This document shows, one piece after another, positions 26,744-35,596 of a stretch of 38,415 nucleotides of DNA; the first letter of the stretch is position 1; every line of letters begins with the position of its first letter. A model generated the notes under the pieces. That model saw nothing but the letters and a program-made list of their open reading frames with translations, made no database searches and was not told the origin of the DNA. Location of the stretch: assembly GCA_964405705.1 (NCBI GenBank), contig CAYOOZ010000002.1, forward strand, positions 1 through 38,415. The letters run 5' to 3'. The position numbers and the translations under genes were made by a program. This DNA comes from an uncultured Christensenella sp. (GTDB lineage Bacteria; Bacillota; Clostridia; Christensenellales; Aristaeellaceae).

Positions 26744-27326
26744 GGCTTAAGCCCAGCCGCCAATGGCGGTAGCAAAGGCCGATGTAGCGGATCTGCTGGT
26801 GGTTGTCAATGAGCACCTGCTCGCCAGTCTTAATCACCCGGCCGGTCTGGTCAATCCGGGTGTTCATGGTGGCCTTGGCGCCGCACCAGCACAGCCCGCC
26901 GGGCACCTCATGGATTTCCTCCGCCAGGCGAAGGAGGGCGGCAGAGCCGGGAAAGAAATTGCCCTGGAAATCGGTCTTTAAGCCATAGCAGAAGATGTCC
27001 AGTTCATCGGACATGTCTGCCAATTCCAGCACCTGATCGGGCGTTAAAAACTGCGCCTCGTCAATGAACACATACTCAAACCCACTGCAGGCATTGCGTG
27101 CGGCCAGCCAGAGCAATTGCTCCCGGGCGGAATGCCCGTTTTCCAGCACCAATTCAGCCTCGGCCTTTAGGCCCACGCGAGAATACACCATCTGCACCCC
27201 TGCCCTGGTGTCAATGGCCGGCTTGACCAGGGCAACGCGCAGGCCCAATTGCTGGTAGTTGTAGCGCTGCATCAACAGCTGCGCGGTCTTGGAGGAGCCC
27301 ATGACCCCATAAAAAAAATGAAGCAT
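26736..27326 (-). CDS. tdk: Thymidine kinase
   Basis: 196-aa ORF with the P-loop GVMGSSKT, FIDEAQF, and C-terminal zinc-ribbon cysteines (CWCG...CYRHW). Confidence 0.9.
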   Translation of the reverse strand: MLHFFYGVMGSSKTAQLLMQRYNYQQLGLRVALVKPAIDTRAGVQMVYSRVGLKAEAELVLENGHSAREQLLWLAARNACSGFEYVFIDEAQFLTPDQVLELADMSDELDIFCYGLKTDFQGNFFPGSAALLRLAEEIHEVPGGLCWCGAKATMNTRIDQTGRVIKTGEQVLIDNHQQIRYIGLCYRHWRLGLSHG

Positions 27327-27925
27327 TACAGCTCCCGCCTGCCTTCCATGGCCTTGGACAAGGTGACCTCGTCCGTGTAATCCAAATCGCTCCCCACCGG
27401 CACGCCGTGGGCGATGCGCGTGACCTTGACACCCAGGGGCTTGGCCAATCGCGCGATGTAGGCGGCCGTAGCCTCCCCCTCAATATCCGGGTTGGTGGCC
27501 AAGATCATCTCCTTGATTTGGCCTTCCCTAAGCCTGTCCATGAGCTCCTTGATTTTGATGTCATTGGGCCCAATGCCGTCCATGGGCGAGAGGATGCCGT
27601 GCAGGACGTGGTAGGTGCCATGGTAGTCGCTCATGCGCTCCATGGCCGCGACATCCCGAGGGTCCCTGACCACACAGAGGAGGTCCTCCCGGCGCTTGTG
27701 GTCCTGGCAGATAAAGCACAGATCCTCTGCCGTATAATTAAAGCAGCGCTTGCACAACAAAATCTGCTCCCGCCCCTCGATTAAGGCGCGGGAGAGGGCA
27801 CGCACAGCATCCAACGGCTGAGCCGCCAAGTGGTAGGCCAGGCGCTGGGCTGATTTGCGGCCGATGCCGGGCAATTTGCCCAGCTCATCCGCCATGCGCT
27901 TGATGGGTTCAACCTGTTGGTTCAT
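27326..27925 (-). CDS. recR: Recombination protein RecR
   Basis: 199-aa ORF with an N-terminal HhH ([16 protein letters not shown]) and a C4 zinc finger ([16 protein letters not shown]). It also has a Toprim domain ([16 protein letters not shown]...[14 protein letters not shown]). Confidence 0.95.
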   Translation of the reverse strand: MNQQVEPIKRMADELGKLPGIGRKSAQRLAYHLAAQPLDAVRALSRALIEGREQILLCKRCFNYTAEDLCFICQDHKRREDLLCVVRDPRDVAAMERMSDYHGTYHVLHGILSPMDGIGPNDIKIKELMDRLREGQIKEMILATNPDIEGEATAAYIARLAKPLGVKVTRIAHGVPVGSDLDYTDEVTLSKAMEGRREL

Positions 27926-28270
27926 TTACAGCAGGCCACCCATGCCGCCGGTGACAGCGGACATCGCCTGCTCGCGGGTTTCCTCGCCCAGGCGCAGCGC
28001 CTCGTTGATGGCGGCGGTAATCAAATCCTCCAGCATCTCCACATCCTCCGGGTCCACCGCCTCGGGCTTGATGGTCAATTTAACCAGTTCACGCTTGCCA
28101 TTCACCGTGCAGGCGACCATGCCGCCGCCGGAGGTGGCCTCATACTCACGCTCGTCCAGCTCCTCCGTGGTTTTGGCGATCTGCTCCTGCATTTTCTGGG
28201 CCTGGCGCATCAACTGCTGCATATTGCCGCCGGGCATCCCGCCCATGCCGCCGAATCTTCCTTTTGCCAT
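27926..28270 (-). CDS. ybaB: Nucleoid-associated protein YbaB/EbfC
   Basis: The ATG at 28270 is preceded by AGGAGG. The 114-aa product (MAKGRFGGMGGMPGGNMQQLMRQAQKMQEQI...GGMVACTVNGKRELVKLTI...) is typical of YbaB. It abuts recR directly. I reject the 137-aa ORF-track extension. Confidence 0.9.
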   Translation of the reverse strand: MAKGRFGGMGGMPGGNMQQLMRQAQKMQEQIAKTTEELDEREYEATSGGGMVACTVNGKRELVKLTIKPEAVDPEDVEMLEDLITAAINEALRLGEETREQAMSAVTGGMGGLL

Positions 28271-28339
28271 GTATCCTCCTGATACGCCTTTAGCGTACCG
28301 CGTCCGTATTTGTGCCGGAAACCCGGCGCTTTCCCGCAT

Positions 28340-28368
28340 ATTCTACCATGGATGGTGGTTGTTTTCAA
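28340..28368 (-). promoter_or_regulatory. Candidate sigmaA-type promoter for ybaB-recR-tdk-rmuC-gloA
   Basis: The minus strand reads TTGAAA (28368-28363), a 17-nt spacer ending in TGG, then TAGAAT (28345-28340). That is -35 plus an extended -10, about 70 nt upstream of the ybaB ATG. Confidence 0.55.
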
Positions 28369-28377
28369 TCAGGGCAA

Positions 28378-30606
28378 CTAGGCCTTGGGCTTTTTAGGCG
28401 CAGCTTTTTTGGGTGCCGGTTTCCTGGCCGCTGATGGTTTGGGGGCTGGCGCCTTTTCTTTCCTTGCGTAGGCGATGGGCACGGTGTGGGCCGGGCTGTC
28501 CTGGCCCAAGGGCGTAAAGCTGACCTGCGCGTCCAAAAGGCGAAGGACCCCGCTTGTCCCCCTGGCCTCGCCAGTCGTCAAAAGCAATCGGATGATGCCT
28601 TCATTGAGCAGGGGGCCTTTCACGCGGGAAAAGGCGTTCTTCCAGAGGGTGAAGGGGCAGCCGGCCTTCCAATTGGAGCAGCCAAAGGCCTTGTCCGTCT
28701 CCTGCACGGGGCTTTGGCAAAGCGGGCAGGCGATGCCTTCTAGCGCCTTGGCCGTATTCACAGCGCGCACCCGGCCCTTTCCACGCATTTCTCTGGGAAA
28801 ATCCACCACCTTTTTCTCTTGCAAGGCCGAATCCACCAGGAAGCTGGTCAGCCGGCGGATGCCCTCCATAAAGCGCGTGGGCTCCATCCCGCCTTTGACA
28901 ATCTGCTCTAAGGCCTGCTCCCATTTGCCGGTGGTGATGGGGGAGGCGATCTCCTCCGGCACCAGGGAAATCAGCTTTTCTCCCTTTTCTGTGGCGGCGA
29001 TGACCTTTCCCCGGCGTGCAGCATAGCCCACGGCGATGAGCCGCTCTATGGTGGCAGCGCGGGTGGCAGGCGTGCCCAGGCCCGCCTTTTTCATGGTCTC
29101 CGCCAATTCTTCGTCGTCCACTGACATCTCCGGCCGCTCCATCCTTGCCAGTAAGCTGGCATCCGTGTGCGGGGCGGGCGGCTTGGTGGTGTCCTGCTTG
29201 ATGGAGGTGGACAAAACCGCGCGCTCATCCCCAATGGCAAGCCCAGGCAAGACCTGCTCCTCATCCTCCTTTTTTTCGGCTTTCGCGCTGTCCCTTACAA
29301 CGGCCTTCCATCCAAGATGGGTGACCGCGCGGCCCTGGGACTTGAAGGCCTCGTCCATTACCTTGGTGATGACCGTGGTCTGGTCATACTCATAAGCCGG
29401 GTAGAAAGCCGCTAAAAAGCGCCTGGCCACCAGATCAAACAGGGCCTTTTCATCGGCAGTCATCTTGCTTGTGTCCGTCTTTTGCGGGGTGGGGATGATG
29501 GCGTGGTGGTCAGAGACTTTGGCGTCATCAAACACGCGCCTGGAATAGGGCAGCTTGCCCTCCTTCCTGGGCAGGTCAGCCACAAACTGCTGGTACATGG
29601 GGGGCAGGGCTTCCATCGCCTTGTACACCCGGCCAATCATGTCATTGGGCAGATAGCGGCTGTCCGTGCGGGGATAGGTGAGGGCCTTGTGCTTTTCATA
29701 GAGCGATTGCGCGGTCTTTAAGGTCTTGTCCGCGGTAAAGCCCAGGACGCGGTTGGCCTCCCTTTGGAGCAAGGTCAGGTCAAACAGCTGGGGAGGCAGC
29801 TCCTTTTTGGGCAGGGTATCCGCCCTGACCACCTGGCCCTTTTGCCCCTTCACCTTCTTAGCGATGGCCTGGGCCTTTTCTTTTTCAAGGATGCGGTGGG
29901 CTGTTTTCTCATCCGGGGCCTTTTCATCAACCCATTGGCCTTTGTAATCAGAAAAATCCGCCGTGAGCGTATAAAAGGTGAGGGGGACAAAATCCCTGAT
30001 TTCCTGCTCCCTTTGTACCAGGATGGCCAGGGTGGGCGTTTGCACGCGGCCCACAGACAGGAGGGCATCATATTGCAAGGTATAGGCGCGGCTGGCGTTC
30101 ATGCCCACCAGCCAGTCCGCCTGGGCACGGCAGAGGGCCGAGTGATACAGGCCATCATAAGCTGAGCCTGGCTTGAGGTTGTCCAGGCCCTCCTTGATGG
30201 CGGCATCAGTCAGGGAAGAAATCCACAAGCGATCCACAGGCTTTTTGCAGCCGGCCTGGTCATAAATCAGGCGGAAAATCAACTCGCCTTCCCGCCCGGC
30301 ATCCGTCGCGCAGATGAGGCTGTCCGTCTCCTGATCCAGCATCAGCTTTTTGACCAAGGAGAACTGGGCGCGGGTCTTGGGGAGGACCTTGGTGCCCAGG
30401 GTTTGGGGCAGGATGGGCAAATCCTCCTTGCGCCACTTCTTATATTTTTCATCGATTTCATCCGGATCCTTGAGCGTGACCAGATGGCCCAGCGCCCAGG
30501 TAACGCGATGGGTGTCTGACTGATACCAACCCTCGACTTTTTTGCATTTCAGCACACGGGCGATGTCCCGCGCGACGCTGGGTTTTTCGGCGACTACTAA
30601 AATCAT
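28378..30606 (-). CDS. topB: DNA topoisomerase III (type IA)
   Basis: 742-aa ORF with an N-terminal Toprim (MILVVAEKPSVARDIA, WALGHL) and a TopB-type KYKKW...LPILP segment. The catalytic region contains TYPRTDSRYL. The C-terminus has a zinc ribbon (CPLC...CSNWKAGC) and a Lys/Ala/Pro-rich tail. Confidence 0.9.
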   Translation of the reverse strand: MILVVAEKPSVARDIARVLKCKKVEGWYQSDTHRVTWALGHLVTLKDPDEIDEKYKKWRKEDLPILPQTLGTKVLPKTRAQFSLVKKLMLDQETDSLICATDAGREGELIFRLIYDQAGCKKPVDRLWISSLTDAAIKEGLDNLKPGSAYDGLYHSALCRAQADWLVGMNASRAYTLQYDALLSVGRVQTPTLAILVQREQEIRDFVPLTFYTLTADFSDYKGQWVDEKAPDEKTAHRILEKEKAQAIAKKVKGQKGQVVRADTLPKKELPPQLFDLTLLQREANRVLGFTADKTLKTAQSLYEKHKALTYPRTDSRYLPNDMIGRVYKAMEALPPMYQQFVADLPRKEGKLPYSRRVFDDAKVSDHHAIIPTPQKTDTSKMTADEKALFDLVARRFLAAFYPAYEYDQTTVITKVMDEAFKSQGRAVTHLGWKAVVRDSAKAEKKEDEEQVLPGLAIGDERAVLSTSIKQDTTKPPAPHTDASLLARMERPEMSVDDEELAETMKKAGLGTPATRAATIERLIAVGYAARRGKVIAATEKGEKLISLVPEEIASPITTGKWEQALEQIVKGGMEPTRFMEGIRRLTSFLVDSALQEKKVVDFPREMRGKGRVRAVNTAKALEGIACPLCQSPVQETDKAFGCSNWKAGCPFTLWKNAFSRVKGPLLNEGIIRLLLTTGEARGTSGVLRLLDAQVSFTPLGQDSPAHTVPIAYARKEKAPAPKPSAARKPAPKKAAPKKPKA

Positions 30607-30633
30607 TGCGGCTCCAACATCTTAAAATTCAAC

Positions 30634-30659
30634 AAAAAAAGCGCCGCAGTGCGCGGCGC
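30634..30659 (-). terminator. Rho-independent terminator after the ferredoxin gene
   Basis: The minus strand reads GCGCCGC-GCACT-GCGGCGC followed by TTTTTTT, located between the ferredoxin stop and the topB start. Confidence 0.75.
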
Positions 30660-30672
30660 AGTGGATGCTTGC

Positions 30673-30843
30673 TTATTCAGCAGCGGGAGCGTCCACCGGG
30701 CAGACGTCAGCGCAAGCGCCGCAATCGATGCAGAGCTCAGAATTGATGTCGTACTGGGTTGTACCCTCCGAAATCGCGCTGGTCGGGCACTCAGGTTCGC
30801 AAGCACCGCAGCTGATGCAAGCATCCGAAATCTTATATGCCAT
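30673..30843 (-). CDS. 2x[4Fe-4S] ferredoxin
   Basis: The ATG at 30843 is preceded by GGAGGGG. The 56-aa product has two CxxCxxCxxxCP clusters (CISCGACEPECP, CIDCGACADVCP). I reject the 69-aa ORF-track extension. Confidence 0.85.
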   Translation of the reverse strand: MAYKISDACISCGACEPECPTSAISEGTTQYDINSELCIDCGACADVCPVDAPAAE

Positions 30844-30886
30844 AACATCCCCTCCATTCCAGTGCTCGCGCACTTTATTCAATCAA

Positions 30887-30915
30887 ATTATAGGACAAAA
30901 CCAGATGGAAATCAA
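30887..30915 (-). promoter_or_regulatory. Candidate sigmaA-type promoter for the ferredoxin gene
   Basis: The minus strand reads TTGATT (30915-30910), a 17-nt spacer, then TATAAT (30892-30887), about 45 nt upstream of the ATG. Confidence 0.5.
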
Positions 30916-30956
30916 GGTTGAGATTTGTTAAGGTTTATCGGCTTTTTTGGGAAGGA

Positions 30957-30985
30957 TTGAAAACCGGTCGCGACAAACCTATAAT
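30957..30985 (+). promoter_or_regulatory. Candidate sigmaA-type promoter for the MBL-CPBP-MBL-comEC-holA-rsmG unit
   Basis: TTGAAA (30957-30962), a 17-nt spacer, then TATAAT (30980-30985), 43 nt upstream of the ATG at 31028. Confidence 0.6.
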
Positions 30986-31027
30986 AGGGCAAGGCAGACC
31001 GCCTTAAACTTTGATCGGACAGCTTGG

Positions 31028-31834
31028 ATGAAATTAGAATTTTGCTCGCTCAACAGCGGCTCTAACGGAAATGTTACTTTTGTCGCCTCTGGCGATACCC
31101 GCGTCCTGGTGGACGCAGGGCTCAACGGCAGCGCGATTGCGGCCAAATTGGGCCAGATTGATGTGCTGCCAGAGACCCTCAGCGCCATTTTAATCACGCA
31201 TGAACACTCTGACCACATCAAGGGGGCCGGTGTCCTGGCGCGAAAATACCGCATCCCCATTTATGCCAATGAAGCCACCTGGCAAACCGATGCCATGCGC
31301 CGCCACGTGGGCGAGGTGCCTGCCCACCTGCGCCGGGTTTTTGAAACAGGGAGCGAGTTTTATATCGGCAATCTGGGCGTTTCCACCATCCCCATACCGC
31401 ATGACACAGTAGAGCCAGTGGCTTTCAGGCTGTACGCGGGCAAGCGCTCTGTCAGCGTGGCGACAGACATGGGCCGGGTGACTAAATCCGTTTTCAAGGC
31501 CCTTGCCGGCAGCGACCTGGTGCTCCTGGAGAGCAACCATGACCCGGACATGGTGCTGCACAACGCGCACTACCCGCAGTTTTTAAAGCGGCGCATCCTG
31601 GGCACCCTGGGCCACTTAAGCAACCAGAATTGCGCGGACACCCTCCTGTCCCTGTATGAAACCGGGGTCAAGCACGCCCTCCTGGGGCATTTAAGCCATG
31701 ACAATAATACCCCTGAATTGGCCCTCAGCACAGTGAGCGAGGCCTTGATCCGCCAGGGGCTGATCCCCGGGCAGCACATCATCCTGGACATGACCTGGCG
31801 GGACCGCTTAAGCGGGTATTACACACTTGAATAA
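31028..31834 (+). CDS. MBL-fold metallo-hydrolase (YycJ/WalJ-like)
   Basis: I chose the start at ATG 31028 (MKLEFCSLNSGSNGNVTF...) because it fits family N-termini and lies downstream of the promoter. The protein has the HxHxDH motif ITHEHSDHIKG and a C-terminal GHLSN. I reject the ORF-track start at 30947, which lies upstream of the -35 box. Confidence 0.8.
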   Translation: MKLEFCSLNSGSNGNVTFVASGDTRVLVDAGLNGSAIAAKLGQIDVLPETLSAILITHEHSDHIKGAGVLARKYRIPIYANEATWQTDAMRRHVGEVPAHLRRVFETGSEFYIGNLGVSTIPIPHDTVEPVAFRLYAGKRSVSVATDMGRVTKSVFKALAGSDLVLLESNHDPDMVLHNAHYPQFLKRRILGTLGHLSNQNCADTLLSLYETGVKHALLGHLSHDNNTPELALSTVSEALIRQGLIPGQHIILDMTWRDRLSGYYTLE

Positions 31835-32567
31835 GCAAAGCCTAGAGCTATATCTTTGCGCGCTGGCGCTCTTGGCGGCGGGCTTTATCTGGCCCTTCCT
31901 GATGGATGTAGGGCAAATCAGCTTCCTGAGCCTTAGCCTTCTCTCCGGCGTACAGACCCTCCTGATGTTTGGCGTGCCTGCCCTATTGATTTTCAAAGCT
32001 GCCGGGAAAAGCCGGGAAGATATCAAACAGGTGATGTTCAAGCCGGACTCCACGAAGGCCGGGCTATCCATGCTTGCAGCAGTGTCCTATGTTTTAAGCG
32101 CGGTGCTGGTGACCAGCCTGACCTATCTGCTATTTGACAGCCTGGGCATCAGGCTGCCCCTGCCAGACCCCCTCCTGCCCAACACCTTAACGGAGCTTTT
32201 GGTCCTGCTTGTGACCAGCGCCCTCATCCCTGCCATCTGCGAGGAAGCCTTTTTCCGCCTGGCCCTGCCCCTGCTGTTTGAAAAGAAATTGAGCCACAGG
32301 GTCAGCGTGCTGCTAAGCGCCGTGTTGTTTTCCGCCCTGCATTTAAACCTGATGGCAGTGCCCATGCTGCTGATTTTGAGCTTGTTTTTGCACAAGCTGT
32401 TTGACCGGCACAAGAACCTCAGCCTCTTGATTATTTTCCACGGGATGTACAATTTTTCTGTGCTGGTGCTCAACTACAAAAAGGCACAACCCGGGTTTTC
32501 CGCCGCTCTCCTTTCCATCGCTATCTTTGTCCTGACAACACGATTTCTATTAAGGGAGGAAACATGA
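31827..32567 (+). CDS. CPBP-family intramembrane glutamic endopeptidase (Abi/CAAX protease-like)
   Basis: 246-aa polytopic ORF with CPBP motifs EEAFFR, FSALH and HGMYN. It has a TTG start that overlaps the upstream gene, so the start is uncertain. Confidence 0.75.
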   Translation: MNKQSLELYLCALALLAAGFIWPFLMDVGQISFLSLSLLSGVQTLLMFGVPALLIFKAAGKSREDIKQVMFKPDSTKAGLSMLAAVSYVLSAVLVTSLTYLLFDSLGIRLPLPDPLLPNTLTELLVLLVTSALIPAICEEAFFRLALPLLFEKKLSHRVSVLLSAVLFSALHLNLMAVPMLLILSLFLHKLFDRHKNLSLLIIFHGMYNFSVLVLNYKKAQPGFSAALLSIAIFVLTTRFLLREET

Positions 32568-33268
32568 AGCTGCACATTTTGGGCTGTGACGGAACCTATC
32601 CTGATGCCAATGGCGCCACCTCCGGCTACCTGCTCAGCCATGAGGGCAAAGCCCTTCTCTTGGACTGCGGCAGCGGGGTGATGAGCCGCCTGATGGCGCA
32701 AATCAAGCCAGAGGAATTAAGCGCCATTTGCCTGACGCACTGGCACAACGACCATGTGGCTGACATGCTGGCGATGAAGTACTACCTGACTGTCAACAAG
32801 CTCTCCCTGCGCGTATTGCTGCCCAAGGAGGGGCACGCGCTGCGCGATTTCTTAGCCGGGGACGAGTTTATCTATCAGGACTACCAGGATGAGCAGACAG
32901 TGGACGGGTTTGTCATCCAAGCCCTGCGGGTCTGGCACCCGATGCCAGCCTATGCGCTGAAGATTACCGCGGGCGGGAAAACCTTGGTCTTTACAGGGGA
33001 CGCGGTGGGCGGAGAGGGGCTGACCCTCTTTTGCCAGGGCGCTGACCTGCTGCTAAGTGACGCGGCCTTTACCAAGGCCCAGTGGAACCACAGCATGCCG
33101 CATTTCTCCGCCGCCCAGGCCGGGCAATTGGCCAAGGCCGCTTCTGTGAAGCAACTGATGATAACCCACGCCCAACCAGACAGGGACAAGTCCCTCTTGT
33201 TCAAAGAGGCCAAGGAAGAGTTTGACAATACCCTGCAGGCTTACAACGGATTCGTCCATACCCTGTGA
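32564..33268 (+). CDS. MBL-fold metallo-hydrolase
   Basis: 234-aa ORF with the HxHxDH motif LTHWHNDHVAD, and downstream GD and H ligand positions (FTGDA, ITHAQPD). Its start overlaps the CPBP gene stop as ATGA. Confidence 0.8.
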   Translation: MKLHILGCDGTYPDANGATSGYLLSHEGKALLLDCGSGVMSRLMAQIKPEELSAICLTHWHNDHVADMLAMKYYLTVNKLSLRVLLPKEGHALRDFLAGDEFIYQDYQDEQTVDGFVIQALRVWHPMPAYALKITAGGKTLVFTGDAVGGEGLTLFCQGADLLLSDAAFTKAQWNHSMPHFSAAQAGQLAKAASVKQLMITHAQPDRDKSLLFKEAKEEFDNTLQAYNGFVHTL

Positions 33269-35595
33269 GGGAGGGCAGCTTCCTTTGGCAGCGGCCCCTG
33301 GTCTGCTGCGCCGCCGTCTTAGCGCTTGGGATATTAGCCGGACAAGCCTGGGCGGGCTTTGCTGTTCTCTATCCGGCCCTGGGCCTGCTGCTTGGCCTTT
33401 TGGCCTTTTGCTTATCCCGCTGGAATAAGGCATCACGCCTCATAAGCGCCTGCCTGGCCTTTTTGATGCTGGGCATCCTTTTGGGCGGTTTTTCAAAAGG
33501 CGGAAAACTGCCCTATGAGGGGAGCTATCGGGTTTCAGGGCAGGTGGTGAGCGAGAGCAAATGGAGCCAGGACGGACAGCGGGTGGTGGCGCACCTGACC
33601 AATACCCGCCTACATACACAGGAGGGCCAGGAGTTTAAGGCCGGATTGGCGTATTGGACCTATTACGCCAAGATAGAGGAGCCACTGCCCCAAGACGGTC
33701 AAAGCGTGGACTTTTTAGGCCAGGTCTATCACCCCAAGGGACAGGTCAACCCTTTTGGCTTTGATTTTAAGGGCTATTTGCAGCAAAGGGGCATCTATAT
33801 CGGCATCACTGGCAATGAAGGGCTCAAGCTTTCGCCCCAACTGCCAGAGGGCCCCAAAAACCCGGTGCTTCGGCTGCGCCAGGCCCTTGAAAAGCGCCTG
33901 GATGCGCTGTTTACGTCCCAAAGCGGGCTTGCGAAAGCCTTGCTCATTGGTGTGAAGGACGATCTGCAGGAGGAGGTCACAAAGGGCTTTAAGGCGGCGG
34001 GCATTGCCCATGTCCTGGCGGTCTCCGGGCTGCACGTTGGCTTTTTGGTGGCTGGTCTGCTTCTGGTCCTTCGTCCCCTGAATCTATCCCCGAAAATTCG
34101 GTTGCTGGTCTTAAGCGTTTTGTTGCTGGCCTATTGCTTCCTGCTGGATTTTGCGCCCTCCGTCGTTCGGGCCAGCCTTTTGGCCGTGCTGCTGCTTTTG
34201 GGCAAGGCCACAAGAAGGCGGGTGGATCCCTTGACCAGCCTGGCTGCCGCCTTTTTATTGATCTTGTTGCTAAGGCCCAGCGACCTTTTTAACCTGGGCT
34301 TTCAACTCTCCTTTTTAGCGGTGCTGGGCATCATCACCCTGGGGGACCGGTTCAATCAGCTCTTATTGAGGTGGGAGCGGTTTGCCACCCTGCCCTCCTT
34401 TGTGCAGGGCATTTTCAAAGCCTATGCCATCACCTTGGCCGCCAGCTTGTTCACCCTGGTGCCATTGGTCAATGCCTTTCACCAGTTTTCCCTGATCGGC
34501 TTGCTGTTTAGCCCCCTGGCCATCGCGCTGATTGGCTTTTTGATGGCGGGCTTTGCGGTTTTGCTCCTTCTCTCCTTTGTGTCCCTGCCCCTGGCGCTGT
34601 TTTTCACTCCCCCTGTCATTTTTTACGCAGCAAGCTATGAAGCCCTGGTGGCCTTCTTCACCAGCTTGCCCCTGGCCACCATCTCCCTGCCGTATATCCA
34701 TTTAATGCCGGCCCTGGCCTTTTATCTGAGCTTGTGGCTGATGAGCAGATATGCGAAGATAAAGGGGCGGAGAGCCGCCCTGGCGATTGGGGCGCTTGCG
34801 GCCCTTTGCCTCTTGGCGCTCGGCCTGACAAGGGACTCACGGGTTTCTTACATCCAGTTGAGCAATGGCTTTGCAGACAGCGCCGTGATCATGGACCGGG
34901 AGAAAACATTTGTTTTAGACACTGGGGAGAGCAGCGGCGACCTTACAAACCTGCTCTTGAGCCTGGGCAGGGAGGTGGATCACCTGATCATCACCCACCT
35001 GCATGAGGATCATGCCGGCGGGCTAACAAAGCTGATCGACGCAGGGGTCGTGATTCACCAGGTCTATTTGCCCCAAGGCGCTTTGCTGCCCAGGGATTTG
35101 GACAGCACACAGGACACCCTGGCCCTGTGCGAAGCAGCCGGCATCCCGGTCGCCACCCTCAAAAGGGGCGATTTTCTCACTTCAGACCGGGTGAGCGTGA
35201 AGGTGCTTTGGCCTTATAGGGATGCTGTCTACCCCGGGCTGTCGGCCAATGACACGGCGATGGTGACCTTGTGGGATTTGGACGGGCTGACCCTCCTTAA
35301 TACCAGTGACTTGAGTGCCCGGTACGCAGCCTACGCGCTTGCGCCTGCCCAAGTCCTAAAGGTAGCCCACCACGGCTCCAAGGCAGACAACAACCGGGAT
35401 CTGCTGGACTTGGTGTCCCCGCAATTGGCCATCATCACAGCGGATGACTTCCGGGAGGAGCGCTATCAAAATACCGCACGAACATTGGATCAATTAGGCG
35501 CAAGGCTGCTCATCACCGGGGAGAGTGGCGCTGTCACCCTCAAGGTGGACAAAGGCCAAACGGAGCTTTTCACTTTTTTATCAGGAAGGGAGTAA
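33265..35595 (+). CDS. comEC: DNA internalization-related competence protein ComEC/Rec2
   Basis: 776-aa ORF with an N-terminal OB/DUF4131-like region and a polytopic competence domain (GIAHVLAVSGLHVG). The C-terminal MBL domain reads IITHLHEDHAGG...VAHHGS. It has a GTG start in a GTGA overlap. Confidence 0.9.
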   Translation: MREGSFLWQRPLVCCAAVLALGILAGQAWAGFAVLYPALGLLLGLLAFCLSRWNKASRLISACLAFLMLGILLGGFSKGGKLPYEGSYRVSGQVVSESKWSQDGQRVVAHLTNTRLHTQEGQEFKAGLAYWTYYAKIEEPLPQDGQSVDFLGQVYHPKGQVNPFGFDFKGYLQQRGIYIGITGNEGLKLSPQLPEGPKNPVLRLRQALEKRLDALFTSQSGLAKALLIGVKDDLQEEVTKGFKAAGIAHVLAVSGLHVGFLVAGLLLVLRPLNLSPKIRLLVLSVLLLAYCFLLDFAPSVVRASLLAVLLLLGKATRRRVDPLTSLAAAFLLILLLRPSDLFNLGFQLSFLAVLGIITLGDRFNQLLLRWERFATLPSFVQGIFKAYAITLAASLFTLVPLVNAFHQFSLIGLLFSPLAIALIGFLMAGFAVLLLLSFVSLPLALFFTPPVIFYAASYEALVAFFTSLPLATISLPYIHLMPALAFYLSLWLMSRYAKIKGRRAALAIGALAALCLLALGLTRDSRVSYIQLSNGFADSAVIMDREKTFVLDTGESSGDLTNLLLSLGREVDHLIITHLHEDHAGGLTKLIDAGVVIHQVYLPQGALLPRDLDSTQDTLALCEAAGIPVATLKRGDFLTSDRVSVKVLWPYRDAVYPGLSANDTAMVTLWDLDGLTLLNTSDLSARYAAYALAPAQVLKVAHHGSKADNNRDLLDLVSPQLAIITADDFREERYQNTARTLDQLGARLLITGESGAVTLKVDKGQTELFTFLSGRE

Positions 35596-35596
35596 G

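Noticed and set aside
28271-28377. I looked for an SRP RNA (ffs/scRNA) or another structured RNA upstream of ybaB. Firmicutes often have scr-dnaX-ybaB-recR.
   Set aside because: The region is only ~107 nt. It is explained by a promoter plus a ~70-nt leader with one short hairpin, and I could not find the conserved SRP domain IV motifs.
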